This document shows positions 9,623-19,305 of a DNA stretch of 54,639 nt, piece by piece. Location: the NCBI GenBank assembly GCA_030833265.1, contig JAURHO010000001.1, positions 1 through 54,639 of the forward strand, read 5' to 3'. Position numbers and translations under genes: made by a program. The DNA comes from Crocinitomicaceae bacterium (lineage in GTDB: Bacteria > Bacteroidota > Bacteroidia > Flavobacteriales_D > Crocinitomicaceae). The notes under the pieces were generated by a model, which saw only the letters and a program-made list of their open reading frames with translations, did no database searches and was not told where the DNA came from. Each line of letters opens with the position of its first letter. The first letter of the stretch is position 1.

Positions 9623-10066
9623 TTATTTTAGGCCCGTACTTCCAAAGCCGCCTTCGCCGCGCGCAGAAGATCCGAGTTCAGTAACTGGAATTAAATTAAC
9701 TTTTTCAACTTGGCAAAACACCAATTGGGCAATGCGCTCACCGTCTTCAATGGTTACAGTTTCGGCAGACAGGTTGACAAGAATTACGCCAATTTCTCCG
9801 CGATAATCTGCGTCAATAGTCCCGGGTGTATTGAGCACGGTGAGTCCTTTTTTAAGTGCCAAACCACTTCTTGGGCGAACTTGGCATTCTAGTGAAGGAT
9901 CCATTTCTAAAAACAAGCCCGTTTTAATGAGGGCCCGCTGCATAGGTGCCAAACTTACAGGCTCGGATAACAGCGCTCTGACATCCATCCCGGAAGCACC
10001 AGCAGTCTGGTAAGCGGGCATTTCATGATGCCCTTGATTGACAATTCTTACTTCATTGAAACTCAT
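9623..10066 (-). CDS. dut: dUTP diphosphatase
   Basis: 147 aa with [19 protein letters not shown] and [15 protein letters not shown] motifs and a C-terminal [10 protein letters not shown], the classic trimeric dUTPase motifs I-V. Confidence 0.95.
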   Translation of the reverse strand: MSFNEVRIVNQGHHEMPAYQTAGASGMDVRALLSEPVSLAPMQRALIKTGLFLEMDPSLECQVRPRSGLALKKGLTVLNTPGTIDADYRGEIGVILVNLSAETVTIEDGERIAQLVFCQVEKVNLIPVTELGSSARGEGGFGSTGLK

Positions 10067-10168
10067 CTTTCAAAATTAACGCAATTCTTATAAGCCAATG
10101 CGCTAGGATTCGAGGAATAATCAACAGCTTAGTATGGACAACATCCTTAGTTTTTAAGCTCAATTGCT

Positions 10169-10176
10169 TACTTTTG
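10169..10176 (+). promoter_or_regulatory. Bacteroidota -7 promoter motif TACTTTTG upstream of serS
   Basis: Exact TAnnTTTG match 18 nt upstream of ATG 10195. Confidence 0.5.
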
Positions 10177-10194
10177 CTTCACAATTCATTGATT

Positions 10195-11463
10195 ATGTTA
10201 GAAATTCAGCGCATCAGACAAGAAAAAGACGCCATTATTGCCGGTTTAGCCAAAAGGAATATCGATGCAAGTAGCACCCTAGACGAGATTTTAGCACTCG
10301 ACCAGCAATGGCGTACAGCTAAAACTTCGCTTGATCAAGTTGCGGCTGAAATGAATCAATTAGCTAAATCAATTGGTGAGCTTTTCAAAAGTGGTAAACA
10401 ATCTGAAGCGACCTCTTTAAAAGCCAAAACTACTGAGCTCAAAACCCAAGAAGCTGGCCTAAAGGAAGAAGTCAATCAACTTGAAGAAGCCCTTCAAAAA
10501 CTGCTCTACACCCTACCGAATGTACCCAACGAAATGGTTGTGAAAGGCAAAGATGCCAATGACAACCAAACCGTTCACGAAGCCGGAACCATTCCAACAT
10601 TCAACTTTGAAGCACAAGCCCACTGGGACCTCGCTAAAAAATACAAACTCATCGATTTTGAATTAGGTGTTAAAGTAACTGGTGCCGGTTTTCCATTTTA
10701 TCGTGGTAAAGGCGCTCGTTTACAGCGTGCCCTTATTCAGTTTTTCCTCGACGAAGCCATTGAATCTGGCTATGAAGAATTCATTTCACCTCATGTAGTC
10801 AATGAAGCAAGCGGCTACGGAACCGGGCAACTTCCAGATAAAGAAGGCCAGATGTATTACATCCAAGAAGATGACCTCTACCTCATCCCGACTGCCGAAG
10901 TTCCCTTGACCAATATTTACCGCGATGTCATGCTTCCTGGCCCCGATTTCTCCATCAAAATGTGTGGTTATACGCCATGTTTCAGACGCGAAGCGGGTTC
11001 TTACGGAAAAGATGTTCGCGGGCTCAATCGACTGCACCAATTTGACAAAGTTGAAATCGTGCGCATAGAGCACCCTGACAACACCGCTCAAGCCCTCGAT
11101 GACATGATCGCTCATGTGTCCAAACTACTTGACAAATTAGAATTGCCATACCGTATTTTGCGTTTGTGTGGTGGCGATATGGGCTTTGCTTCTTCCATGA
11201 CCTATGATTTCGAGGTTTTCTCTGCCGCGCAAGAAAAATGGCTTGAGGTAAGTTCAGTTTCTCGCTTTGATACTTTCCAATCGAATCGCTTAAAACTGCG
11301 CTTTAAAGACGACAAAAAAACCACGCTTTGTCATACCCTGAACGGCTCGGCTTTAGCCTTGCCTCGTATCTTGGCTTCCTTACTTGAAAACCATCAAACG
11401 GAAAACGGAATTGCCATTCCAAAAGCACTTCAAGCCTACACCGGATTTAGTGTTATTGACTAA
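10195..11463 (+). CDS. serS: Serine--tRNA ligase
   Basis: N-terminal coiled-coil arm, then class II motifs (TAEVPLTN, GYTPCFRREAGS, GSALALPRILASLLEN). The start is moved from the listed TTG at 10174 to ATG 10195, because 10169-10176 is a TACTTTTG -7 promoter motif overlapping that TTG. Confidence 0.96.
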   Translation: MLEIQRIRQEKDAIIAGLAKRNIDASSTLDEILALDQQWRTAKTSLDQVAAEMNQLAKSIGELFKSGKQSEATSLKAKTTELKTQEAGLKEEVNQLEEALQKLLYTLPNVPNEMVVKGKDANDNQTVHEAGTIPTFNFEAQAHWDLAKKYKLIDFELGVKVTGAGFPFYRGKGARLQRALIQFFLDEAIESGYEEFISPHVVNEASGYGTGQLPDKEGQMYYIQEDDLYLIPTAEVPLTNIYRDVMLPGPDFSIKMCGYTPCFRREAGSYGKDVRGLNRLHQFDKVEIVRIEHPDNTAQALDDMIAHVSKLLDKLELPYRILRLCGGDMGFASSMTYDFEVFSAAQEKWLEVSSVSRFDTFQSNRLKLRFKDDKKTTLCHTLNGSALALPRILASLLENHQTENGIAIPKALQAYTGFSVID

Positions 11464-11475
11464 CAATTCTTGGGC

Positions 11476-11483
11476 TAAATTTG
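11476..11483 (+). promoter_or_regulatory. Bacteroidota -7 promoter motif TAAATTTG
   Basis: Exact TAnnTTTG match 22 nt upstream of ATG 11506. Confidence 0.45.
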
Positions 11484-11505
11484 CGTTAATGAAGGGCTTG
11501 TGCCC

Positions 11506-14500
11506 ATGAAACCTACTTTAAACAAGTTTCTATTCCTACTTTGTTGCACCCTTGTGGTTTGCTTCAGTGCTGCTGCACAATTGAAACCAAGGTTTAAAAC
11601 ACTTCAACCAACGTTTGCTCAACAATTTTTAGATAGCCAAGCTATTTACTTGCCGTCATTGGCTTTTTACAAAGACCAACAACAAACGCAGCGCATTGAT
11701 GTCAATCCAGACCACTATGTCATCCAATCTGATAAGAATACGTTCGTTTGGCTAAGTCCGCCAGCAGACACCCTTTACTTATTTTATCAGGTGTTTCCTT
11801 TTGCGCTCAAACAAGTTTGGCAGCCCTACAAGTATAACGCAACACCTACCGATTATGAAGCCGCCGAACGCGCTAAATTTCAGATCAACGCCAGCAATAC
11901 TCAGGATATTTTTGGGGGCAATAGCATTCAAAAAAATGGAAGTTTATCCAGAGGAGTAGGGTTTGGCAACAACCAAAGTCTGGGCTTACAATCTTCATTG
12001 AATTTGCAGCTAAATGGCCAAATTACACCGAACTTAACACTCACTGCCGCACTTTCTGATGCCAATATTCCGTTGCAAGCTTCCGGAAGTACCAATCAGC
12101 TCAAAGAATTCGACCAAGTCTTTATTCAGGTGCACAATGAACAACTCAAAATCATCGCTGGCGATTTTTGGCTGCAAAATCCAAATTACAGTGACTTTCT
12201 TGTATACAAAAAACGAGGACAGGGCTTGACAGGCGCTTATCAGTGGAAGGTTAAAAATGGAAAGGTCTTCACGCAAAGCACTGTGGGGCTATCTAAAGGA
12301 AAATTTCAGCGGCAAATTATTCAGGGAAAAGAAGCAGTGCAAGGTCCGTACAGACTCATTGGCGCCAATAACGAACCTTACATCAGTATCTTATCGGGAA
12401 CTGAGAAAATCTATATCGATGGCAAACTACTCACACGTGGACAAGAATTCGACTACATCATAGACTACAATACAGCTGAACTCACCTTTACTTCTCGTCA
12501 AATGATCACCAAAGACGTACGCATTGTGGCCGAGTTTCAATATGCTGATCAAAATTACAGCAGGAGTTTATTGCAGCATACTTCTCGTTTTGAAAATGAC
12601 AAAATTCAGGTTTGGGTTGCCGGCTACCAAGAACAAGACCTCAAAAATCAACCGCTCCAACAACTTTTAACAACGGAACAGCAGCTTAGTCTGAGTCAAA
12701 TCGGTGATCAGCTCAATTCTGCAACAGTACCAGGCTTTGATAACGTAGGTTTTTTAGAAAACGCCAACATGTATCAAATGATAGATAGCTTAGGTTTTGA
12801 CAGTGTCTTTGTACTTAGTGTGAACCCGCAATTAGCCACATATCGTTGCACGTTTACACAAGTTGGAGAACACCAAGGAGATTATGTTCAGGCTGGGATC
12901 AATGCTTCTGGTGTGTTTTACCAATGGGTCGAACCTGTGAATGGCATTCCGCAAGGGAATTTTGCACCACTCAGAAAAGTAATTACACCTCAACGCAAGC
13001 AAATGCTGAGTTCCGGCGTTTCCTATCAACTCAATTCGAAGTGGCGTCTTTTTACTGAAAATACGCTCAGCGAAAATGACCTCAATCTCTTTTCAAGTAA
13101 AGATGACCAAAATAACTTGGGTTTTGCTTCCAAAGGTGGGCTCGTACACAAACAAGAAAAATGGCAAGACAGTGTTCGACGTTTGCGCGAAAGCACATTG
13201 CAATACACCTATTTAGGGCAAAGATTTATACCTATTGAACAGTTTAGGGCCGTAGAGTTTGATCGAGACTGGAATATTCGTGGTCAACAGTTCAATGGGT
13301 CGCAACTTCAGTTGGCACTTGAACAAAAGTGGCTAAATAGCCAAAAGGGGCAAGTGCAGCTTAGATTAGAAAATTTCCAAATCGACACCAATTTTAGCGG
13401 TCAGAAATTTTATACGGACGGTGCTTGGAAAAATAAGGGTTGGACTGCCAAATGGGATGGCTTCGCGATGCAAGCCAAACAAACCAATCTACAAAATACG
13501 TTTGTCAGACACCGGGCAAAAGTGAGTAAGCAACTTGGTGCATTTCAATTAGGATTCACAGATGACCACGAATGGAATATTTTTAAAACTCAGGAGCAGC
13601 TCACTGCACAATCTTATCAATTTTATGATGCCCAAACCTTTCTCAATTATCAGCCTAAAAAAGGCCTCGATCTCAAAGTATTTTACCGCGAACGCTACGA
13701 TTGGCGCCCAGATGCTAGCGCGCTCAACACAGCAGCAAAAGCCCGAACCAGCGGCATTGAACTTAAATGGGAAGGCAATCCAAAGCATCAGCTTCAAACC
13801 ATTCTGGGCACCAGACAACTTTTTATTTTGGACTCAACGCTCATTTCACAAACTCCTGAAAACAGCGCCGTTGGACGCATCGATTACAATGGTAAATTTC
13901 TCAAAAATGCACTCGTAATCAATACGTTCTATGAATTGGGTTCCGGCCTTGAGCAAAAGAGACGCTTTCAGTATTTAAGAGTCAATGACGGACAAGGCAT
14001 TTATGCCTGGATTGACTACAACAATGATGGCATCAAAGACCTCAACGAGTTTGAAATTGCGCAATATATTGACCAAGCACAATATATCCGGATATTCGTG
14101 CCTAGCACAGATTACGCGGCTGTTTATACCAATGAATGGAACCAAAGTATCTTGTGGAGACCCGAACAACTTTGGCGCAATCGAACAGGGGCACTTGGAT
14201 TCTTAGCGAAGTTCTCGAATCAAACTAAAATCCGGATTCAACGCAAAATTAACGAAGCCAATTTGGCTCAATGGATCAATCCGTTAGCAACACAAATTGA
14301 CAACACCACCTTGCTTTTTGCCAATTCTCAATTGTCTAACTCCTTGTTCTTCAACCGCAATAGTCAAGTCTTTTCCGCAGCCTATAATTGGAGTAATAAC
14401 CAAAGTAAAAACCTCCTGGCCAACGGGCAAGACGCCAGAGCTAACCTCAATCATCAGCTGAATTTGCGTTGGAATATTGGAAAGGCCATTGCCCTAGAGA

Positions 14501-14967
14501 CCACCCTTAGTAAAGGACAACTCAAGGCACTTGCTGACTACACCGCTGGGCGCAATTACGAGCTTGCCATTCTTGATTTCAAACCACAATTGATCTATCA
14601 GCAAGAAAGTAAATTGCGCTTAAGTCTGACAGCAGGCCTTACCCAAAAACAAAATAACCCGGTCTATGGTCCCGAAAAAAGTTTAGCCAAATCCATTGAT
14701 TGTTCTTGGAAACTCAACAGAACTGAGCAGTCCAGTATTACCGGTAATCTGAAATATATCTATTTTGATTTTAGTGGCTCGCAGCAATCAGCAGTGGCCT
14801 ATGAAATGTTAGAAGGGCTAAGGGCAGGTTCTAACTTAACCTGGGGGCTTAATTTCCAGAAAAGCTTGGGTAAGAATCTGCAGCTGAGTTTACACTATAA
14901 TGGTCGGGCTATGCAAGGTCAGCGAACCATTCATAGTGGGGGCATGGAATTGCGGGCTTTCTTTTAA
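11506..14967 (+). CDS. Large (about 1150 aa) secreted protein, probable outer-membrane beta-barrel, function unknown
   Basis: Signal peptide (LLCCTLVVCFSAAAQ). Long stretches alternate hydrophobic and polar residues, are Gln/Asn-rich and have very few Cys. The C terminus ...GGMELRAFF ends in Phe, like OMP beta-signals. ATG 11506 is preferred over the listed GTG at 11500. A TAAATTTG motif lies at 11476-11483. Confidence 0.6.
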   Translation: MKPTLNKFLFLLCCTLVVCFSAAAQLKPRFKTLQPTFAQQFLDSQAIYLPSLAFYKDQQQTQRIDVNPDHYVIQSDKNTFVWLSPPADTLYLFYQVFPFALKQVWQPYKYNATPTDYEAAERAKFQINASNTQDIFGGNSIQKNGSLSRGVGFGNNQSLGLQSSLNLQLNGQITPNLTLTAALSDANIPLQASGSTNQLKEFDQVFIQVHNEQLKIIAGDFWLQNPNYSDFLVYKKRGQGLTGAYQWKVKNGKVFTQSTVGLSKGKFQRQIIQGKEAVQGPYRLIGANNEPYISILSGTEKIYIDGKLLTRGQEFDYIIDYNTAELTFTSRQMITKDVRIVAEFQYADQNYSRSLLQHTSRFENDKIQVWVAGYQEQDLKNQPLQQLLTTEQQLSLSQIGDQLNSATVPGFDNVGFLENANMYQMIDSLGFDSVFVLSVNPQLATYRCTFTQVGEHQGDYVQAGINASGVFYQWVEPVNGIPQGNFAPLRKVITPQRKQMLSSGVSYQLNSKWRLFTENTLSENDLNLFSSKDDQNNLGFASKGGLVHKQEKWQDSVRRLRESTLQYTYLGQRFIPIEQFRAVEFDRDWNIRGQQFNGSQLQLALEQKWLNSQKGQVQLRLENFQIDTNFSGQKFYTDGAWKNKGWTAKWDGFAMQAKQTNLQNTFVRHRAKVSKQLGAFQLGFTDDHEWNIFKTQEQLTAQSYQFYDAQTFLNYQPKKGLDLKVFYRERYDWRPDASALNTAAKARTSGIELKWEGNPKHQLQTILGTRQLFILDSTLISQTPENSAVGRIDYNGKFLKNALVINTFYELGSGLEQKRRFQYLRVNDGQGIYAWIDYNNDGIKDLNEFEIAQYIDQAQYIRIFVPSTDYAAVYTNEWNQSILWRPEQLWRNRTGALGFLAKFSNQTKIRIQRKINEANLAQWINPLATQIDNTTLLFANSQLSNSLFFNRNSQVFSAAYNWSNNQSKNLLANGQDARANLNHQLNLRWNIGKAIALETTLSKGQLKALADYTAGRNYELAILDFKPQLIYQQESKLRLSLTAGLTQKQNNPVYGPEKSLAKSIDCSWKLNRTEQSSITGNLKYIYFDFSGSQQSAVAYEMLEGLRAGSNLTWGLNFQKSLGKNLQLSLHYNGRAMQGQRTIHSGGMELRAFF

Positions 14968-14968
14968 A

Positions 14969-16129
14969 TTATTTTGCAATTTGGGCTTGTACGTATGCGC
15001 GGGCTTGTGCATCGGCGGCAACGAAATCTTCATAGCGTGGGTTGAGCACATTTGCCATGTTGCGCATACACTGTTCATTGAGTTGGCCGATTTCTAAGAA
15101 AGAGATTTTTCTTTCTAAAAATGCAGCCACTGCTTCTTCATTAGCCGCATTTAAAACGCAGGCAGCTGTGCCCAATTCATTCATCGCCGTATAGGCTAAA
15201 TCTAAATTTTTAAAAACCTTTCTGTCTGGCTGCTCAAAGGTAAGTTGCGGATAATCCATGAAGTTGAAACGCGGAAAATCGGTTTTGAAACGCGCTGGAT
15301 AAGTCAAGGCAAATTGAATAGGCAACTTCATGTCAGGGAGGCCCATTTGTGCTTTCATGCTGCCATCTTCAAATTGTACCAAACTATGCACAATTGACTG
15401 CGGATGCACAATGACATCGATTTGTTCGGGCCTTAAGCCAAAAAGCCATTTCGCTTCAATGACTTCTAAACCTTTGTTCATGAGGCTTGCTGAATCTATC
15501 GTGATTTTAGCGCCCATGCTCCAGTTAGGATGCTTGAGTGCTTGCTCTAGGCTAACTTGTTGTAATTGCTCGAGTGTAAAACCGCGGAATGGCCCGCCAG
15601 AGGCAGTGAGGTAAATTTTCTCAATTGGGTTGTGAAATTCACCGACTAAGCACTGAAAAATAGCAGAGTGTTCGGAGTCAACAGGGTAAATATTCACCCC
15701 TTTTTCTTGGGCTAATTTAGTGATGAGCTCACCCGCCACAACCAACGTTTCTTTGTTGGCAAGTGCGATAGTTTTACCGGCTTCAATGGCATGAATGGTT
15801 GGCTTGAGGCCAGCATAACCAACCAAAGCCGTAAGCACCGTATGTACTTCTTTGGATTCAACCACTTGGCAAAGCGCCTCTTGGCCTGCATAAACATGAA
15901 TGTCTTCTGACCACAATGCTTCTTTGACCTTTTGGTACTGGTTTTCATCGGTGATTACAACCGAATTAGGCTGAAATTTCTTGGCTTGTTCGATCAGTAA
16001 ATCAGCATTTTTACCTGCTGTCAATACCTGCAAATCAAAATAATCTGGATACGCCTCAATGACGTCTAAAGCTTGTGTCCCAATCGAACCTGTCGAACCA
16101 AGTATGGCAATGCCTTTCTTTTCTTGCAT
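14969..16129 (-). CDS. dxr: 1-deoxy-D-xylulose-5-phosphate reductoisomerase
   Basis: GIAILGSTGSIGTQALDV NADPH-binding motif, LANKETLV and DSEHSAIFQCL. The start is set at ATG 16129 (MQEKKGIAILGSTGS...) rather than the listed TTG at 16144. Confidence 0.96.
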   Translation of the reverse strand: MQEKKGIAILGSTGSIGTQALDVIEAYPDYFDLQVLTAGKNADLLIEQAKKFQPNSVVITDENQYQKVKEALWSEDIHVYAGQEALCQVVESKEVHTVLTALVGYAGLKPTIHAIEAGKTIALANKETLVVAGELITKLAQEKGVNIYPVDSEHSAIFQCLVGEFHNPIEKIYLTASGGPFRGFTLEQLQQVSLEQALKHPNWSMGAKITIDSASLMNKGLEVIEAKWLFGLRPEQIDVIVHPQSIVHSLVQFEDGSMKAQMGLPDMKLPIQFALTYPARFKTDFPRFNFMDYPQLTFEQPDRKVFKNLDLAYTAMNELGTAACVLNAANEEAVAAFLERKISFLEIGQLNEQCMRNMANVLNPRYEDFVAADAQARAYVQAQIAK

Positions 16130-16167
16130 AGACAAAGGTAACAATTGTGAAAGAAGAAAGGTTCGCT

Positions 16168-18012
16168 CTACTCCACCGTTACCGACTTCGCTAGGTTGCG
16201 GGGTTGGTCTACATTGCAGCCACGCATGACAGCGATGTGGTAAGATAAGAGTTGGAGTGGAATGGTGGCAACGAGTGGCACCAAGAATTCGTCAACTTCA
16301 GGAATTTCAATGACATGGTCAGCCATGTGGCGTACTTGTTCATCGCCTTCAGTAACGATAGCAATAACCTTTCCTTTACGTGCTTTAACTTCTTGGATAT
16401 TAGAAACAACTTTCTCGTAAGAAGTGCCTTGCGTTGCAATCACGATGATCGGCATGTTTTCATCGATAAGGGCAATCGGGCCATGCTTCATTTCAGCCGC
16501 TGGATAACCTTCAGCATGGATGTAAGAGATTTCTTTGAGTTTGAGTGCGCCTTCTAGTGCAACCGGGAAGGAACTTCCACGGCCTAAATAAAGGGCATTG
16601 GCAGCATCTTTATAGATGTCAGCAATTTTCTCGATTGCAGGATCTGTTTCAAGCACGCGCTTCACTTTTTCTGGAATTGCCTCGAGTTCAGCTAATAACT
16701 GACGGAATTTAGATTCTGAAATAGTGCCTTTCTTTTGAGCTAAAGACAAGGCCATTAGCGTAAGCACAGTTACTTGTGCGGTGAAGGCTTTAGTAGAAGC
16801 AACACCAATTTCTGGGCCAGCATGTGTGTAGGATCCGGCATCGGTGATGCGGGCAATTGAAGAACCAACAACATTGCAAATGCCAAGAATGGTGGCTCCT
16901 TTAGATTTAGCCAATTCAAGGGCCGCAAGTGTATCAGCGGTTTCACCAGACTGAGAAATAGCAATGACGACATCATTCTCATTGAGAATAGGATTGCGGT
17001 AACGGAACTCGCTGGCATACTCAACTTCTACATTGATGCGAGCGAGGTCTTCGATGAGGTATTCACCTACTAAACCGGCATGCCATGATGTACCACATGC
17101 AACAATAATAAGGCGGTTGGCCGAAATCATTTTTTGCTCGTATTCACGGATACCACCGAGTGCAACCCATGCTTCGTCTGAGTTGAGACGTCCACGGAAA
17201 CAATCTTGAATTGAACGCGGCTGCTCATGGATTTCTTTGAGCATGAAGTGCTCGTATCCACCTTTTTCAAGTGCCTCGAGTTCTAGCTCAAGCTCTTGGA
17301 AAAATGGTGTCTTTTGCTGATCAGAAATGTCGTAGAGTTTGAGGCCTTCTTCGAGGTCAATTACGGCAACTTCTTCGTCATCGAGGTAAACCACTTTTTT
17401 GGTGTACTCGACAATTGGCGTAGCATCAGAAGCACAATAATAAGAACCATCAGCACCAATTCCGACAACTAGGGGGCTACTTTTTCTGGCAGCAACCAAG
17501 CGATTTGGATAATCTGAAGACATAGCAACAATTGCATAGGCGCCAACAACGTGATTGAGCGCCAAACGCAAAGCCTCGCCAAACCAAACGTTTTCTTTCT
17601 TTTGAATGTAGTCTACTAAATGAACAACCACTTCTGTGTCTGTTTCACTTTTGAAGACATAACCGTTTTTGAGGAGTTCCTTTTTAAGAACGTCGTAGTT
17701 TTCGATGATCCCGTTGTGGATGAGGGCAATTTTGCCATCCATAGACGTGTGTGGATGAGAATTGACATCGGAAGGTTCACCGTGTGTGGCCCAACGCGTA
17801 TGACCAATTCCGGCATGTCCTTGGCAATTTTGTGTGGCAGCAAATTCTTCAAGGTTACTGACCTTTCCAACGCGTTTGTACACATTAAGAACGCCATTAT
17901 TAGATAATGCAACGCCTGAGCTGTCATAGCCGCGGTATTCTAATCTTTTAAGACCTTTAACGACAATTGGGTAGGCCTCTTGTTTGCCAATGTAGGCTAC
18001 GATTCCACACAT
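16168..18012 (-). CDS. glmS: Glutamine--fructose-6-phosphate aminotransferase (isomerizing)
   Basis: N-terminal MCGIVAYIG (Ntn Cys), two SIS domains and the C-terminal ...NLAKSVTVE. 614 aa. Confidence 0.98.
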   Translation of the reverse strand: MCGIVAYIGKQEAYPIVVKGLKRLEYRGYDSSGVALSNNGVLNVYKRVGKVSNLEEFAATQNCQGHAGIGHTRWATHGEPSDVNSHPHTSMDGKIALIHNGIIENYDVLKKELLKNGYVFKSETDTEVVVHLVDYIQKKENVWFGEALRLALNHVVGAYAIVAMSSDYPNRLVAARKSSPLVVGIGADGSYYCASDATPIVEYTKKVVYLDDEEVAVIDLEEGLKLYDISDQQKTPFFQELELELEALEKGGYEHFMLKEIHEQPRSIQDCFRGRLNSDEAWVALGGIREYEQKMISANRLIIVACGTSWHAGLVGEYLIEDLARINVEVEYASEFRYRNPILNENDVVIAISQSGETADTLAALELAKSKGATILGICNVVGSSIARITDAGSYTHAGPEIGVASTKAFTAQVTVLTLMALSLAQKKGTISESKFRQLLAELEAIPEKVKRVLETDPAIEKIADIYKDAANALYLGRGSSFPVALEGALKLKEISYIHAEGYPAAEMKHGPIALIDENMPIIVIATQGTSYEKVVSNIQEVKARKGKVIAIVTEGDEQVRHMADHVIEIPEVDEFLVPLVATIPLQLLSYHIAVMRGCNVDQPRNLAKSVTVE

Positions 18013-18014
18013 AA

Positions 18015-19301
18015 TTAATAAGTTGTATAGGTAACGACGAGTTTAGGGCTTTTCTTGTTGTTGGTTTCAACGCCATTGAATACAATGCGCTCGGCAGAAT
18101 TTCTGAAATACAGTGGCGAAATAACAATGCCCGTATTTTCCAATTTGCCGTTCACCAAAGACTGTAAATAAGCTCTGATATCAAGTTCGTATTGCTTTTT
18201 AGTATCAGAATATAGTCCTGCTATTCCAAGAGAAGTATAGTAAATATCAGAAGCAGCCAGTTTGCTTGCCGCAGTTACACGAGAACCAGGTTTGTAGCGA
18301 TATCCCGTTTGAAACTGAACTGGTAAACTAAGTTCTGCACGATGAATGATAATGTTATCTGGCAAATTATCTAGACCTGGAATTTTAATCATGGCACGAA
18401 GCTTATTGGCTTGCGCATAGAAAGACTTTTGGCCCAATGTGCTGTCGGCTAAGAGCGCTGCAACAGGCGTGTTGCTCTGGTCATGGCTGACCTGGGTGAA
18501 ATCTGCACAGTTGGAGTTGATATTGAAGTCATAGGTTTTTGGAACGCCAGCCAATTTAAAATAGATGGTCATTTTAGAAGCGGCGTTGTTATTGATGTCG
18601 AGGTAAAGGATAGCGCCTTTTCCGGAAGTTTGCGCCGGATTATTGACTTTGATTTGAAAACCTTTAAAGAAATCTTGGAATGCTGCATTTGACGCAAACG
18701 TTGTGGGGTTGCTGATGGACTGATTGATAAAGTTCCAAGCCTTCATGGTGTCAAGATGAATGCGCAATTGTGGATCAACCTCTTTTCCAGCGAGAATTGT
18801 AGGATTAATTGGGTCTGGCGTAATGGTACCTTGGCCTTGTGCTACCCAATCTTGCCCTACCGTATTGATCGAGGAGAATTGGTAGTATTTAACAGCGGCA
18901 TCATTTTGGATAGAGTCAGAAAGTTCATAGACCTCAAAGTTTTGGGCACTGAGGTCGCCATAATAACCCAAATATTCAAAAGCAAGTACAAAAGAATCAA
19001 TGACTATTTGGTTAGGGTCTCCAAAGTTAGGATTTAGGCCAGGAAGTCTAAATTCAGTAAAAACGGAAGCCTCTACTTTTCCAAATTTAGGATCGATATA
19101 GGAACCCAAAAGCACATTTGATGCGTTTTTAGTTTCAGTAGAATCTTCTAAAATGGAATAAGTGATGAGTTCGAAGGTATCGGTGGTGACACCATTGAGC
19201 AAGGCATTTGGGTCAATGATATCTTTGCCAAGACTTGGGTTCTTTTTGGTACAAGATGTCACAAAAAGCAATAAAATTGCCAATGCGCTGATTGCTTTCA
19301 T
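18015..19301 (-). CDS. Lipoprotein, DUF4270-like (assignment from synteny and recall)
   Basis: Lipobox LFVTSC, 428 aa. It sits 4 nt after the short GlgA-like gene and 2 nt before glmS. I recall this as the conserved Bacteroidota position of DUF4270 proteins. Confidence 0.55.
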   Translation of the reverse strand: MKAISALAILLLFVTSCTKKNPSLGKDIIDPNALLNGVTTDTFELITYSILEDSTETKNASNVLLGSYIDPKFGKVEASVFTEFRLPGLNPNFGDPNQIVIDSFVLAFEYLGYYGDLSAQNFEVYELSDSIQNDAAVKYYQFSSINTVGQDWVAQGQGTITPDPINPTILAGKEVDPQLRIHLDTMKAWNFINQSISNPTTFASNAAFQDFFKGFQIKVNNPAQTSGKGAILYLDINNNAASKMTIYFKLAGVPKTYDFNINSNCADFTQVSHDQSNTPVAALLADSTLGQKSFYAQANKLRAMIKIPGLDNLPDNIIIHRAELSLPVQFQTGYRYKPGSRVTAASKLAASDIYYTSLGIAGLYSDTKKQYELDIRAYLQSLVNGKLENTGIVISPLYFRNSAERIVFNGVETNNKKSPKLVVTYTTY

Positions 19302-19305
19302 GCGT

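Noticed and set aside
9937-9951. A sigma-54-like GG-N10-GC match (TGGCACCTATGCAGC) on the minus strand.
   Set aside because: It is inside the dut coding sequence and has a poor -12 box (CAGC instead of TTGC). There is no plausible downstream target beyond the operon it already sits in.
10070-10077. A TAATTTTG -7-like motif on the minus strand just upstream of dut.
   Set aside because: It ends only 3 nt from the dut ATG, so a TSS at the usual distance would fall inside the start codon. The dut N terminus aligns well with dUTPases from ATG 10066. The real promoter is therefore probably further upstream in the 128-nt spacer, or the mRNA is leaderless. Not called.
10174-10194. The TTG-initiated N-terminal extension of serS (MLHNSLI...).
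   Set aside because: The TTG sits inside the TACTTTTG -7 promoter motif (10169-10176). SerRS proteins normally begin at the M-L-x-I-x-x-I-R sequence, which ATG 10195 provides.
10067-10194. A possible leader RNA (T-box or riboswitch) upstream of serS. Similar checks were made upstream of lysS, and of glmS for the glmS ribozyme.
   Set aside because: The spacers are too short (128 nt shared by two divergent promoters, 30 nt before lysS, 2 nt before glmS). They show no extended stem-loops. These leader elements are also not expected in Bacteroidota.
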